From Epiperipatus broadwayi (Eukaryota > Animalia > Onychophora): DNA of 64,000 nucleotides. Location: NCBI GenBank assembly GCA_028023455.1, contig JAQFVV010000003.1, positions 13,206,001 through 13,270,000 on the forward strand, written 5' to 3'. Positions 11,600 to 24,474 of this stretch are shown here, piece by piece (position 1 is the first letter of the stretch; every line of letters starts with the position of its first letter). The notes beneath the pieces are model-generated. The model saw only the letters and a program-made list of their open reading frames with translations. It made no database searches and was not told where the DNA came from. Made by a program: the position numbers and the translations under genes.

Positions 11600-11900
11600 T
11601 CTTTTGAAATTTACTTGACTCAGACTCAAATCCTAGATTAGGGAAGAGCTCTTCTTCTCCACATCATTTCATAAATTCTTATTACATCCATTTATCTCAG
11701 ATGTTTTATATATATAAACTCTTAGGATTTAGTTTAAAACTTCACTTGTCAATCAATCTATTACCATTTCAGATAACAATATAACCAGCCAGCCTCCTAA
11801 TTCTTTTAACAGTATCAATAATATCTTTCTCACATATTTATTTCACTTTGAACTCTTCTTGTTACTCTCAATATTTTAAAGTTTATAACAAGCTTTGAAG
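11600..11900 (-). mobile_element. Highly decayed LINE 3' remnant
   Basis: Minus strand reads KRIRRLAGYIVI..NRLIDK.SFKLNPK, resembling the RLRWAGHV..R..W.P region of RTE/L2-type ORF2. Confidence 0.4.
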
Positions 11901-12283
11901 AATGTGTTTCAAATCTGAAAGATTTGATTGGCTATAGATATTAACAAGCACATTAGTTAATTTATTATATATATATATATATTGATCAAAAACTGATAGA
12001 TGATTCAAAGGAACAGTTACTTCATTTTAATTCTTAAAAGATTTTATTATATATTTTTTCTTCTCATGATTTTTGGTTAATTAAACTTAATTGTTTGAGA
12101 ATTTAAAATTACCAAGGCAGTTTTTAGATATTTTTATGTAAACTATGGAAATAAGTAGTGTGTTCACTGACAAATATATCTAATTGTAAGTTTATATCAA
12201 AAACTTTTATAAATCATGTAATAACCTTCACTCTACCATTCATTTTTAAAACATATAAATAAAGTCACATAAAAGTCAAATTA

Positions 12284-12330
12284 TCCCAAGATGCATTTCA
12301 GCTGAACACTATAGTACTCATCAGTTTGAC
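12284..12330 (-). ncRNA. Solo hammerhead-like motif
   Basis: Minus strand: TCAAA-CTGATGA-gtactatagtgttcagct-GAAA-TGCA-TC-TTGGG. Core, GAAA and ATGCAT palindrome are present; stem II is imperfect. Confidence 0.5.
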
Positions 12331-13649
12331 CAGATCATAGTCTTTCACAATACTGGCTCAGCATGAAATGAACCTTGCAAGTCATTTATTTCTTATGATA
12401 TATTTTTATGTTTCAAGAATAGGTGGTGGAGTGAAGATAACATATTAAATATATCTATAGAGGATATTATAAATGGTAAAAGAGAAATGAAATTGGATTA
12501 ATCCATTTGTTTATGTTTAATTAAAATCAGATATAATAATCTTTAACAGAGGTTTAAAGTGTGATTTGCAATAATCATTAATGCATTTATCTAGAATGGG
12601 TCAAGTCAAAGTTGAGGGTTGAATAAAGTTTGACACTTGTAAATTTAAATATATCAAAGCTGTGAAACCCATAGGAAAATAATATCTTCCCATCCGTAGT
12701 AAAGCTTGCATTAGATTACAGTTGTATTTTGTATATCTATAGTTAGCTTACTTTGACCAATAGAAAATAGCTAGTTGGATTTGAATAAATCAAAATGGAG
12801 GTTTGATAAATATTTAAAAATCACTTTAATCCATAAGAAAAAAAAACAGCCTAGATTTTAAAGTAAATATGTACATTTTATTTTAAAGTTTTTAAATAAG
12901 AGTGGCATTTTGTTACAATATCAAAGCATTCCTACTGTTGGATGAGTGCATATATATATAGGAAGGGCCTCATTGTACATTAGTGATGATAGTTATACTT
13001 AGATTTGAATTCAGGCTGAGTAAATTTAAAATTTCTTTTTTAACAAGCTTACAGTTAGTTTTCTTTTAAATAGATGAGTTATAACCAATCCAGATAATCT
13101 TCAGACATTGATCAATAAATAGATATCTAGTTTTTCTTAATTATAGAGGCAAACTAAAGATAGAAAACTGCTCAAATCCTTATTTTGGTAAGCCTGATAA
13201 CTATTGTGTTTTTTTTTTGGGGGGGAGGGGGGTATTGTTGGAGAGGCCATTGCCCTGTTATGCCTCATTTAAAAGTTGTTTTATTGATATACAGTATTTA
13301 ACTATCTACTTGTATATATTTTTCAAAGTAATCCTGACTAATATTATTTTACTATATAAAACGCACATGTTTTGATATTACAATAATTTGCTCAGCACAA
13401 ATGATAAATCTCAACTAGATTATTTATAAGTAAAAATATATTATTTATGCATTTTTATAAATTAAACTGTTAAAAAATGAGGTCAGAGTCAACAACTTTA
13501 AAACTCATATGATTAGATTCAATATCTTCCACATATATATATTCTTCAAGTTATATCTAAGGCTGCGTTCTTTTCAATATTATCTATCAATTCATTATGT
13601 CAGCATAGAACTTTAATCTTATGAAAGAATTTCATTTACTTATTCTTTA

Positions 13650-14590
13650 ATAATAACATGAAAGGCTAAAACCTTCGACAGATGCACCTTAAAAATGCTT
13701 ATGTGACAGCCAATCAGATGTAATAATGACTGCACGTGGAACTCTCAATTCAAAAACCCAAGCCAGAAATATGAGAAAAAGGTGAAACCGCCTTCTTCTC
13801 TACTTAAATTTATATATAAATAATCCAGACTCAAACATTCCGAACTAAAAGTGTGAAGCTTAAAACACCACATTTAATTCACGAAATATTATATATGAAT
13901 AAACAACGTGAAATCTTTCGATTTACTACAAAGCAATTTTCAAATCTAATGAAATGATAGTAACAAATGTAAATATATTAAATTTATTAAGCACAAGCAG
14001 AAGATATAATAATAATGTGAAAGGCTAAAATCTTTGACAGATGCACCTTAAAAATACTTATCTTATTCTCATATTTCTGGTTTGTGTTTTTGAATTGAGA
14101 GTTCCACGTGCAGTCATTATTACATCTGACTGGCTGTCACATAAGCATTTTTAAGGTGCATCTGTCGAAGGTTTTAGCCTTTTATATTATTATTATATCT
14201 TCTGCTTGCGCTTAGTAAATTTAATATATTTATATTTGTTACTATCATTTCATTAGATTTGAAAATTGCTTTGTAGTAAATCGAAAGATTTCAGTTGTTT
14301 ATTTATATATAATATTTAGTGAATTAAATGTGAAGGTGTTTTAAGCTTCATGCTCTTAGTTCAGAATGCTTGAGTCTGGCTTATTTATATATAAATTTAA
14401 GTAGAGAAGAAGGTGGTTCCATCTTTTTCTTGTATTTCTGGCTTGTGTTTTTGAATTGAGAGTTCCACGTGCAGTCATTATTACATCTGATTGGCTGTCA
14501 CATAAGCATTTTTAAGGTGCATCTGTCGAAGGTTTTAGCCTTTCATGTTATTATTATATCTTCTGCTTGCGCTTAATAAATTTAATATAA
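13650..14590. repeat. Family D: ~360 bp tandem unit arranged as a fold-back (junction ~14061)
   Basis: gaaaggctaaaa recurs at 13660 and 14019; the inverted tctgtcgaaggttttagcc recurs at 14161 and 14522. The arms are highly similar. Confidence 0.92.
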
Positions 14591-15059
14591 TTCCTTTAAT
14601 AAAATTGTATTAAGGGCTGGCAAGTACAGACATACTAATACCAATAACAATCAAACTTATCACTGAATTGATCAAAATATCCTTTTAATTCAAATGTGGA
14701 CACTAGTTTCAGAGCAAAAACAACATACAACAAATTAAATTGCTATAATTTATTAATAGTTCCAATTACAGTATCTAGATGCTGCAAAATATTTGTAATA
14801 TTGGTAATTCAACATGTTTTCAGCAGACATGCTTATCGATTTTGGTTTGAGTATTTTTAGGACATATATAGTTGTTTATTTTCACTTGGCTAGTAAATAA
14901 TGAACATATTGAATAAATACCATCATCATATTTGAATATTTCTAAACGATAAAAAATAAAGAACTCTTTGCATTTAATTCAGTTTCTCCAACCCATACTT
15001 TCTCTTCTTTATATCAATCCCAAATATTTTTTTAATGTGATTCATCTATCTTACATATG

Positions 15060-15300
15060 ATTTTTTTCTGTAGATATTTTAAAATCTCTTAGGATTCAGT
15101 TTAAGACTTCAGTTGTTCATTTTTGACCATCTCTTGTAGTACTTGTTTAGATAAACATCATTCTAGATTTTCAATTATTTCAATGATGTTAGCAATACCT
15201 ATTTGCTTCTCACCTATGTATTTCTCTCTTAATTTTCCTTGTTACTTCCAATATATACCTCTTTAAACTTCACTGGGTGATCTGAAATCTAGGTATTGCT
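15060..15300 (-). mobile_element. Decayed RTE-like LINE 3' remnant
   Basis: Minus strand carries gaagtcttaaactgaatcc (VLNW.P-like), also seen on the plus strand near 54760. Confidence 0.35.
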
Positions 15301-16184
15301 TTTCTATTGAATGCCCAAGTTTCATATTTATAAGTAAGTAATGATAAGCAATCACACATAACCAATATCTCAGTTAAACTATCAGATATCTGAGAAGACA
15401 ATGATGATGATAAGCAGGCCACCCATGTTAGTTAACCATGAGAATAATCATATGATAATAAAAGTTGTAATGGTAAGAAATTATAGAATGGATACTAAGA
15501 ATTTGTTCTAATATCCTTTCCATAAATTAAAACTATTATTTACAAAATTATCTAACAATCTGCATTAGAATAACAGAAAATTAACTTCTATGTACATGTC
15601 ATGTCAGAAGCTTTATTATTACAGTGGATTAATAATATACTGAAATTAATATGAATATCATCATTAGTTATCTGCTAAAATACAAGTTTCATATATCTAA
15701 TCAAATCATTTGCAAAAATTATTTAAGTATGATATTTATGAAAGAGTTTACAATTATTTATTTTGTATATTATCATATGTATAATAATGGTAACAATATA
15801 AACTATTTTAGAGTAATATAGAAAGATAATGTCATACATTTTAGCAAAATAAGAAAGGTGTATGGGAATCGAGAATAATAAAATCACACAAAAAAACTGC
15901 AATATTTATATGTGTATAGTATTTAAACAAGCATGTGCATCTGTGAGAAATTATTCATATATATATATAAGAGGATGAAATTATTAAATTAATTCACAAG
16001 TCTGCGAATTGTTTGACAGGTTTGAGGATTTAAATCAAAATTGTATCAACAATTGGACTAATTAGAAATTATTAAAATATAATAGGTAATAGCAAAATAT
16101 TTCAATATTTATTGTGGTATAATAAAAATAAAACTCATATTACATTTAAAATAAAGAGCAATTCTTCAGTAAATAAATAAATAA

Positions 16185-16410
16185 AAGATTGGGTATCTTA
16201 ATATAAAGCTGAGCACTGATTGTATATATGTGTGGAGATAGTAATCTGGACCAACTGATGATTGCTGGTTTAGTATCTTTTCAACATGTGTGTGATCAGA
16301 TGGGTCAGCAATATGAGATGGCATAGAGAGTTGAGGGTCGTGTGAAAGTCTGAGTTCGAATCCCTTATATATTACATTATATGTGCAGGTGTGTGTAAGC
16401 CTGTACAGTG
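16185..16410 (+). repeat. Family C partial solo unit; HHR truncated (CTGATGA at 16255, GAAA half deleted)
   Basis: Aligns to units at 22500-23200; contains GTTCGAATCC at 16354-16363. Confidence 0.85.
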
Positions 16411-17760
16411 TATTAAAACCTTTTTTATGTACTCATACTAAATATATCAAATATAATTTGTGATAACCAAAGATTATTGGAATTAATGTATAAGTGAAAA
16501 CTAAATATTATTAAATGATTTTTTTTTTTTTTTGTAAAGAACTTATTTTAATTATTAATTAAAAGTAAGGTGGATAGCTTTAATATTTAGGTTTCAATCT
16601 TGTAAGCTCAAGTATTATAAATTGTAATTCATAGCTATATATATCATATCTACTTTTTTAAACATTAATTAATCATTAAAAAAGACTAACTAAAAATAAG
16701 ATAAATCAATGTTAAACAAATCAACATATGTTTTTAAAACGTATGACATTGTTTTTGTCTAGTGGCAGTCCTTCAAATTTTTTAAGCAGGGATGCTTTAT
16801 TATACTATTGCTGCCAAAAGGTAAACAAAGAAAACAAAACATTTATAATTTGGTACCACATTTCCATACATCGTTGTTAAAAGATCTAAATATATATTTT
16901 TTATTTTTACTAACTGCTGTTTGGCAAATAGTAATATCTGAAGTAGATTGACAGCTACTTTTTCTCTTTCAAAATAATTTTATTTGACCTATAGGCGAAT
17001 ACAAAGAAAAGAAACTTAAACTAGATGAAATTACAAGGTGATATATACAAAGGTATGATCCAAATGATAGTAGAATACAAAATGATAGTTAGTAAAGATC
17101 AGTGGATGCAAGGTGAATGTGCCATTTATCTAGCTATAACGAGATACCATTGTTAGTGAGCACTGTTTTGGTGAGCTATGGTGGGAGGGTTTTATTATTC
17201 TTAATAGTTATTTTCATATAAATTATTTAGGGGTTGGTTGATCAGGTGTTGTTTAGGCCAGTTGTGTATTCCCAGGTTAATATAGGCAGGTATGGATCTG
17301 CCTCAAACAGACAAGAGAGACTGCTACTTTTTATTTCAATTTTTTTATATAATGCCAATTAGAAAAATGTAGTTTTTTTTTAAATATATTCAACACTAAC
17401 ACTCCTCATGATAATATTTAAAATAATGTTATATTTTTCTATAATAAATATTTATATGTTAATTTACAAATGTTAATTACAAAAAACAATCAGAATATTT
17501 TATTGTTAATATTAAATGATTCTCAGAAGAGAAACAAGAGTAGATTAATATTCTATCCTCATGTGTTGATAAAGGCGAATGGATCGCATGAAACTTGCTA
17601 TAATTCACTGAATATGATCTTTCTGGCACTGCCATAATTGAATAAAATCTTATGTACCTTTTAAAATAATTATTTTTAAAAATGATTTAATTAGTTGTAT
17701 TTACATAATAATTATACAAAATATTAAATGATTGTTATATTATTGATATTTTCAAGTACA

Positions 17761-17830
17761 AATTTAATAATTAATATTTTCTTGGGATGCTGCAGTACCA
17801 CAGTGTTTATGAACCAGTCACCATTGGTAA
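17761..17830 (+). repeat. Short dispersed repeat; second copy at ~58586-58657
   Basis: Shared tgctgcagtaccacagt...agtcaccattggt with similar AT-rich 5' flank. Confidence 0.7.
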
Positions 17831-19532
17831 TGAATTAAAAATACTAATTATTTGAATCATTAGCTAGTTGAAGTCACTTGAAATGCAAATAAGTTGGTTT
17901 GACAAGAGAGAAAGCCTGGTGTTTTAATGGGTAAAATACATGACTTCCCAAATGATTAGCAAAAGTGATTACAAAAAAAAACCTCTATTAAATTTACCTG
18001 TGGAATTAAACTAGTGATAAAAACTGTGATTTATCATTACCATTTTTAATTATCACTATGATAAAGTTATTCACCATATGTATATATTATAAAGATTTGT
18101 GCTAAATATGAACCTTGATTCAGTTATAATTTCTTTTCAGAAATAAATTGTTGATAGAATATTAGATGTGGAGTTTAAAGATGTCATATAGCCTGTTACT
18201 GTCTAACCTATATAAAGAAATGTGTCCCTAAGACAATAGCCTCTCTATCAGTGAAAGAGCTGTGGATAAACTGAAATTCGGAAAAATTTTGATATAAAAT
18301 TGATGCCAGAAGAAACTAAACTTATATAGGATAAGACATCAAACTACAGACATAAGTTCATTGCTGGGAGGGAAATCAACATCTGAAAGAATCTTCAAAA
18401 CATTAAGGAGTTACCATCAAAGAGAAGCTTACTTTGACTGCTATCAAAAATGTATTTCTTAAAATTATATCATCCATGGTAAAAATAAAAGGGTGATAAT
18501 AAGGGAGAAATTAAGTTGTATATACTATGCTCTTCAAGAATTATAATTAAAATATTTATTTTATTATGCTAGCATTAAATGGACAAGAAGAGATAATTTG
18601 TGCCTCATCATTATTAATTTTATTTAATATTTTATTTTAGTTTTTTTTTATGTCTTTGTAAAAATATTCTTTCCTTGCATATGAGAAAATAACCCTGAAG
18701 AAAAATATTGTTTTTTATTTGTGTTATTTCTTATATAAAGTTAAGGTAATTAGGTAAGGGAGTAAATTCATCTAGGAAAATGTGTAGACATGTATGCAAT
18801 ATAAGGATAATTTATGTTCTGTAATTATATATGCGTATAAATATGACTCCCCCCCCCCCAATCTTTTATTTTATTAAAGTATTTTAAAATTTAATAATAG
18901 TAGTCATTACTATCTTTTATTTCATTCTCAACCTTGTTACATATTCATACAATATATGGATTCATATAACTGTGGGCCATCTGATGTATAATTAAGTTTC
19001 CAAATGCTTTAAATTGTGCTAGATCATATTGTAGAAGAAAACAAAGATTTAAAGAATAATGATAGTCAAATCAATCCTTCATTGAAGATGGCTCAAGTGT
19101 ATAGAGAAGTATTCTTATCCCCAAAATGAATAAAGCTGATTTGGACTAATCAATACTTTTTTGATGTTCCAAGAAAATACGTAAGTCATTATTGCCAGGA
19201 AAACATAACCATTTCATCAGTATTATTTCATTGAGATATTTGCATAATCAAATTATAAGTCAACAATGTTTGTGGGTAAAAGGATTATTAGTAATGATCC
19301 AATTACTGATCACTGTTAAGCTGGATGAGCTAATTTTTTTATCAATGTACTAATGTGTAGTTTTTTATTTCTTTCAGTTGTTCATTTTGGTACATCACGA
19401 TTTACCAATATGTAGCATGTTAAGTATTTTCTCATTTATTTTGAATTAGTACATATATATATATATTAAACGATCAAATGTCACTGTTAAAATTTGTCCA
19501 TAATGTAGCCTTCTATATATAAAATTAAAAAG

Positions 19533-19827
19533 AATCAATTTAAAACAAAATTGAAATAGACAACTCACTTATTATTTAATACATCAATCTGGCTTTCATT
19601 CCTTAATGGAACCTTTTCAAAATATTTCTTTTTTATACAATCACATGACCAATTACCCTAAATAATGTTCACATTGGGAAGAGTTGCTGTAGGGTAATTA
19701 GTCATGTGATTGTGTAAAAAGAAACATTTTGAAAAAGTTTTATTAAGGAATGAAAACTGGATTGATGTATTAAATAATATTTTTATTTATAGTGAGTTGT
19801 CTATTTCAATTTTGTTTTAAATTGATT
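19533..19827. mobile_element. Family E fold-back (arms 19533-19660 and 19690-19827), each arm with a TTGAAAA-core HHR-like motif
   Basis: Left arm minus strand: TTGAAAA-G-GTTCC attaa GGAAT-GAAA-gccaga-TT-GATGT. Right arm plus strand (19724-19768): ACATT-TTGAAAA-...GGAAT-GAAA-actgga-TT-GATGT. Confidence 0.8.
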
Positions 19828-21451
19828 ATTTTTAATTTTAATATGTATTTATTATTCATAGTATTATTTCCAGAAGAACTAAATAACTGATGTTTCAGTG
19901 CAATAATAAGTACTTTCCACAGGGCTTCTTTCTCAAATCATAAGAATGTAACTATTATATATTTTTATTACACAGAAGTTCCGGAAATATTACCATAAAT
20001 TCATTTACCTGTGACAATATTAGAATTAACATATACATTCTACATGAAAAACCTCTTAAATTATTTGATGTTGTTAAATTATATTATGGGTAATAAGGCC
20101 AGGCTATTTCAATATATAAAATATGTTGTTAAATATACTGTGAACATTATCATTGTAATATCTTTTTAAAGAAATAGTAATTTATCATTTATATGAATTA
20201 AAAAGCACATAATCCCATTAAGTGACTCTATCTTCATTCATTTCTATTGTTTACATGGGATTTCCTTTTTGGTTAAGTGACTTTCATTCAGATGAAATTT
20301 TGCAATGTCTTTTTAGTTATGGTCAGATTCCAGGGTTGGCATGGCATCAACAGATTAATGATAAATCAATTTTGTATAAACACATCTTATTTGGGCTGCC
20401 CAGTTTTTGTGATGGATGATTTAGTGAGCTAATTCGCAAAAGAATATGCTAACTTTGATTACAAAATTTGTGAGTCTATGCAAGAGCATTTAAAAAGCAA
20501 AAAAAAAAAAAGAGAGAAAATATTGCTGTTATGAACATTTACATAAGCTGTTTTAAATGCAACAGTTTTAAGGTCTAATGGATGCTTTTTTTTTTTATTA
20601 GAAAAGTGGAACGAGAGCAATTAATATTAATTTGCAAATATTTACAGAATTTATTTCTAAAATAATTATGACATATGTCATCCTAATCTATCTCTTATTA
20701 TCATTATCATTAAAAGTATCACCGTTTTTACTGAGCATAGAAAATGAACAAAAACCAGCATTGAAAGTAAATAATACAAGCAAATAATACAAGCAGCATA
20801 GATGATTATATTAATAAGTGCAGCATCCCCAGCAATAATCATCAACAGTCAATGGTCAATCCTTCTGAACAAATTTAAAAGTGAGATAATATAAAATCTT
20901 AGGCTAATCACCATCTAACCAATAGCCAAACTATCTTCATGCATATGCTTGAGGACTAATACAAATCATAAAAATTTAATTCTATATCTCAAAACTGATC
21001 ATTATCAATACTCTGGACCATCAGGCACCCTGGTTGTACTGACCATGAATAAACTAATGCTCATCCTAAAATATATAAATAAAGTGAAATTTCTCAAGAA
21101 AACCATTTGATGGAGTCACACTACAATCACACATATAAACTGCAAATACCTTTATGCCTGAACTTGCTTTGGGATTGCAAAAATAAGGACTGCGAACAAG
21201 AGAAAATATACATTTATTCTGTTATTAAATAAATTTACTGAGATAATTTACAAATTCCTTAAAGTTCAAATCTATAAGGAAATTAGGCACATACACACAC
21301 ACACTAGTAAATCACACAATAAAGAAAAATGAAAACATCAGAAAAAGTTTCATAAATTATTTAATCAAGTTAATATAACCCTCAACTTTTCACGCTATCC
21401 CATACTGCTGATATGCTTGATCACACACATGTTGAAAAGATAAATAATCAA

Positions 21452-21493
21452 CCAATATTGGTATTTCATGCTAAACTAGCACTCATCAGTTGA
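21452..21493 (-). ncRNA. Minimal type I hammerhead ribozyme motif (family C), core intact
   Basis: TCAA-CTGATGA-GTGCT agttt AGCAT-GAAA-taccaa-TA-TTGG. Confidence 0.72.
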
Positions 21494-22561
21494 TCCAGAT
21501 TATCATCTCAACACATATATACAATCAATGCTCAGTTTATATTAAGATAGTCAATCTTCATACTTTAATGGACAGGCTTCCATCCACTCCACTCCACAAC
21601 TCTTTAGCGATCTATTTTCATTGAAAACCTGATGATACAATGCTCAAAACCCACATTGTTGCCAAACTTCTCATCCTACCCTGTTGACCACAAGTCACTC
21701 TGATACCTCATGTACAGGACATAATCCATTTACATACATATATGAATTTTTTTTACAGTATAGGCTATTTCATCCTGTACTCCAATATGTAATATATAGG
21801 GGGTTGAACTCAGACTTTCACATGACCCTCAACTCTTCATGATATCTCATACTGCTGATACACTTGATTGCACATATGTTGAAAAGATAAATAATCACCA
21901 ATATACATATTTTGTGCTAAATCAGCACTCATCAGTTGATCCAGATTGTCATCTTCACACATATATATAATCAATGCTCAGCTTACATTAATTAAGATAG
22001 CCAATCTTCATACTTTAATGAACAGGCTTCAATCCACTTCACCCCACAACTCTTCAGCTGTCCATTTCATTGAAAATCTGATGGAACGCTCAAAGCCCAC
22101 ATTGGTGCCAACCTTCTCATCCTACCCATGTTGACAACAAATCTCTCTGACCCCTCATTTACAGGATATAATCCATTTATATACATATATGAGGAATGGG
22201 CAGAGTCTGAGTTCAAATTCCCTATATATTACATATTGGAGTGCAGTATAAAAAAACCTGTACTGTTGAAAAAATTAATATATTAACATATATTGCTGTA
22301 AGGTCTGCCCATCCCTCATATATGTATAGAAATGAATTATGTCTTGTACATGAAGGGTCAGTAACTCTTGTGATCAACATGAGTAAGATGAGAAGGTTGG
22401 CGCCATTGTGGGCTTTGAGCGTTCCATCATCAGATTTTCAATGAAATGGACAGCTGAAGAGTTGTGGGATGGAGTGGATTGAAGCCTGTCCATTAAAGTA
22501 TGAAGATTGGCTATCTTAATGTAAACTGAGCATTGATTTTATATGTGTGATGATAATCTGG

Positions 22562-22605
22562 ACCAAATGATGAGTGCTGGTTTAGCATGAAATACATATA
22601 TTGGT
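22562..22605 (+). ncRNA. Family C hammerhead motif with a C3 substitution
   Basis: ACCAA-aTGATGA-GTGCT ggttt AGCAT-GAAA-TACATA-TA-TTGGT. Confidence 0.65.
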
Positions 22606-24474
22606 GATTATTTATCTTTTCAACATGTATGTAATCAAATGTATCAGCAGTATGAGATAGTGTGAAGAATTGAGGCTCATGTGAAGGTCTGAATTCAAAC
22701 CCCAATATATTACATATTGGAGTGCAGGTATGAAAAAGCCTGTACTGTAGAAAAATTCATATATTAAAATATATTGCTGTAAAGTCTGCCCATCCCTCAT
22801 ATTTGTAAGTAAATGGATTATATTCTGTACATGAGGGGTCATGACTTGCACCAATGTGGGCTTTGAGCATTCCATCATCAGATTTTCAATGAAATGGATG
22901 GCTGAAGAGTTGTGAGGTGGAGTAGATTGAAGCCTGTCCATTAAAGTATGAAGATTGGCTATCTTAATATAAACTGAGCATTGATTGTATATATGTGTGG
23001 AGATGATAATCTGGACCAACTGACAAGTGCTGGTTTAGCATGAAATATGTATATTAGTGATTATTTATCTTTTCAACATGTGTGTGATCAAGTCTATCAG
23101 CAGTATGAGATGGCATGAAAAGTTGAGGATCATGTGAAAGTCTGAGTCTAACCCCCTATATATTACATTTTGGAGTGCAGGTATAGAAAAAATTCATACC
23201 TTAATACAGTTAAATAATAAACAATAGAATAAAAAATTTAGAAATGATAATGTGATAAACCAAAAGTTAATATACCTAGTGATCAATTCTATTCATGCAA
23301 TATATATATAATTTCATGTAACACATATAAATAATATTATTTCCTTCTGATTCTTCTCAATTAATTAACATTTAAACTAAATGAGGTATTCTGAAGTTAC
23401 AATAATCAAACCCTAAAAAATAGTTCATGCAATAAAAAAAGTAATTTAACTTCCCTTCTTTTGAAAATGAGGATGTTCTTATACCATTTTAACTAAGTGA
23501 AGAAAATCTTTTCAATAAAAACAACTAAAAAAAGTTATTCGATATCCGTAATTACTATATTTTTCATAAAATAACAATTATAAATGTACTAGTTGTACAA
23601 ACTACAATATCTCAATTTACCATGGATTTTTGTCATTTTTTTTGTAATTATCAACTTGAGTGTCTCTTCTAGTATATCTTGCAAATAAAAGTTTGATCAA
23701 TTTCTTGGATTCAGGTTTTTTCTTTTCTTATAGTTATTCTATCCATTTAGCTTTTTTCTATTTTTTGTAGCTCCAGGAATTCAGTTTAATAATTATTTCA
23801 TTTTTGTTGTTTTTCCATTCAGTTTTTCTCCCAATTTAACAATTATTTTCATTTCAGGTCAACATAAGTCAAGATAGCCATGATTTTGGATGGATCAATA
23901 TATAAGCTTGTTCTCCTACTTTCCTTTTAGTGAAATCAGTTTTGTATAATAATCAGCTTTTAGCAAGAGCTTAGCACATAGTTATTATGAGCTTCATACT
24001 ATTATACTGCTTTGCAACATCTTTGTTTTTTTAATTAAGAGTGATCAAATCCAGCATCAGATTTCCAAACTGACTTTTTACCCATTGAACCAAACTTCTG
24101 ATTTCTACTACCATATAATTTTAAAAAAAAAAACAATCTTGATATCAGTCTTTCAAATAATTACATGACTACCTCAGAAATTAATGCATTAAGCCTTGAC
24201 CAATTCATTTACTTTTTACAAAAAAGATCATCTTTTTGAAAAAATAAAAACTACTTTTATGGTAATTGAAAAACAAACTTCATTTCTTCAGAGATAAAGA
24301 TAAGAGCCCAATTCCCTTTTTTTTTTTTTTAATTAGTTGATAAACTTTTAAAGATCTTAATCCTTTTTATCTTGTTTTTAAAAAATAAATAAATAAATGA
24401 AGCTATACAAGAAAAAAAATATTATCCTTTTTTTTTACAGCTGTTATAAAAATTGAACAATTACATTATTCATT

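Larger units (their letters stand above)
21378..23198. mobile_element. Family C: ~446-453 bp HHR-bearing tandem units, two per arm, forming a ~1.8 kb palindrome (junction ~22204)
   Basis: HHR cores on the minus strand at 21483-21489 and 21929-21935, and on the plus strand at 22567-22573 and 23020-23026. Confidence 0.9.

Noticed and set aside
21629-21660. Second CTGATGA on the antisense strand of family C (would imply viroid-like ribozymes in both polarities)
   Set aside because: No credible stem II, GAAA or helix I could be formed in any copy.
4648-23198. Regular tandem repeats as CRISPR arrays
   Set aside because: Units are 290-450 bp and similar along their whole length, with no unique spacers, no cas genes and a eukaryotic context.
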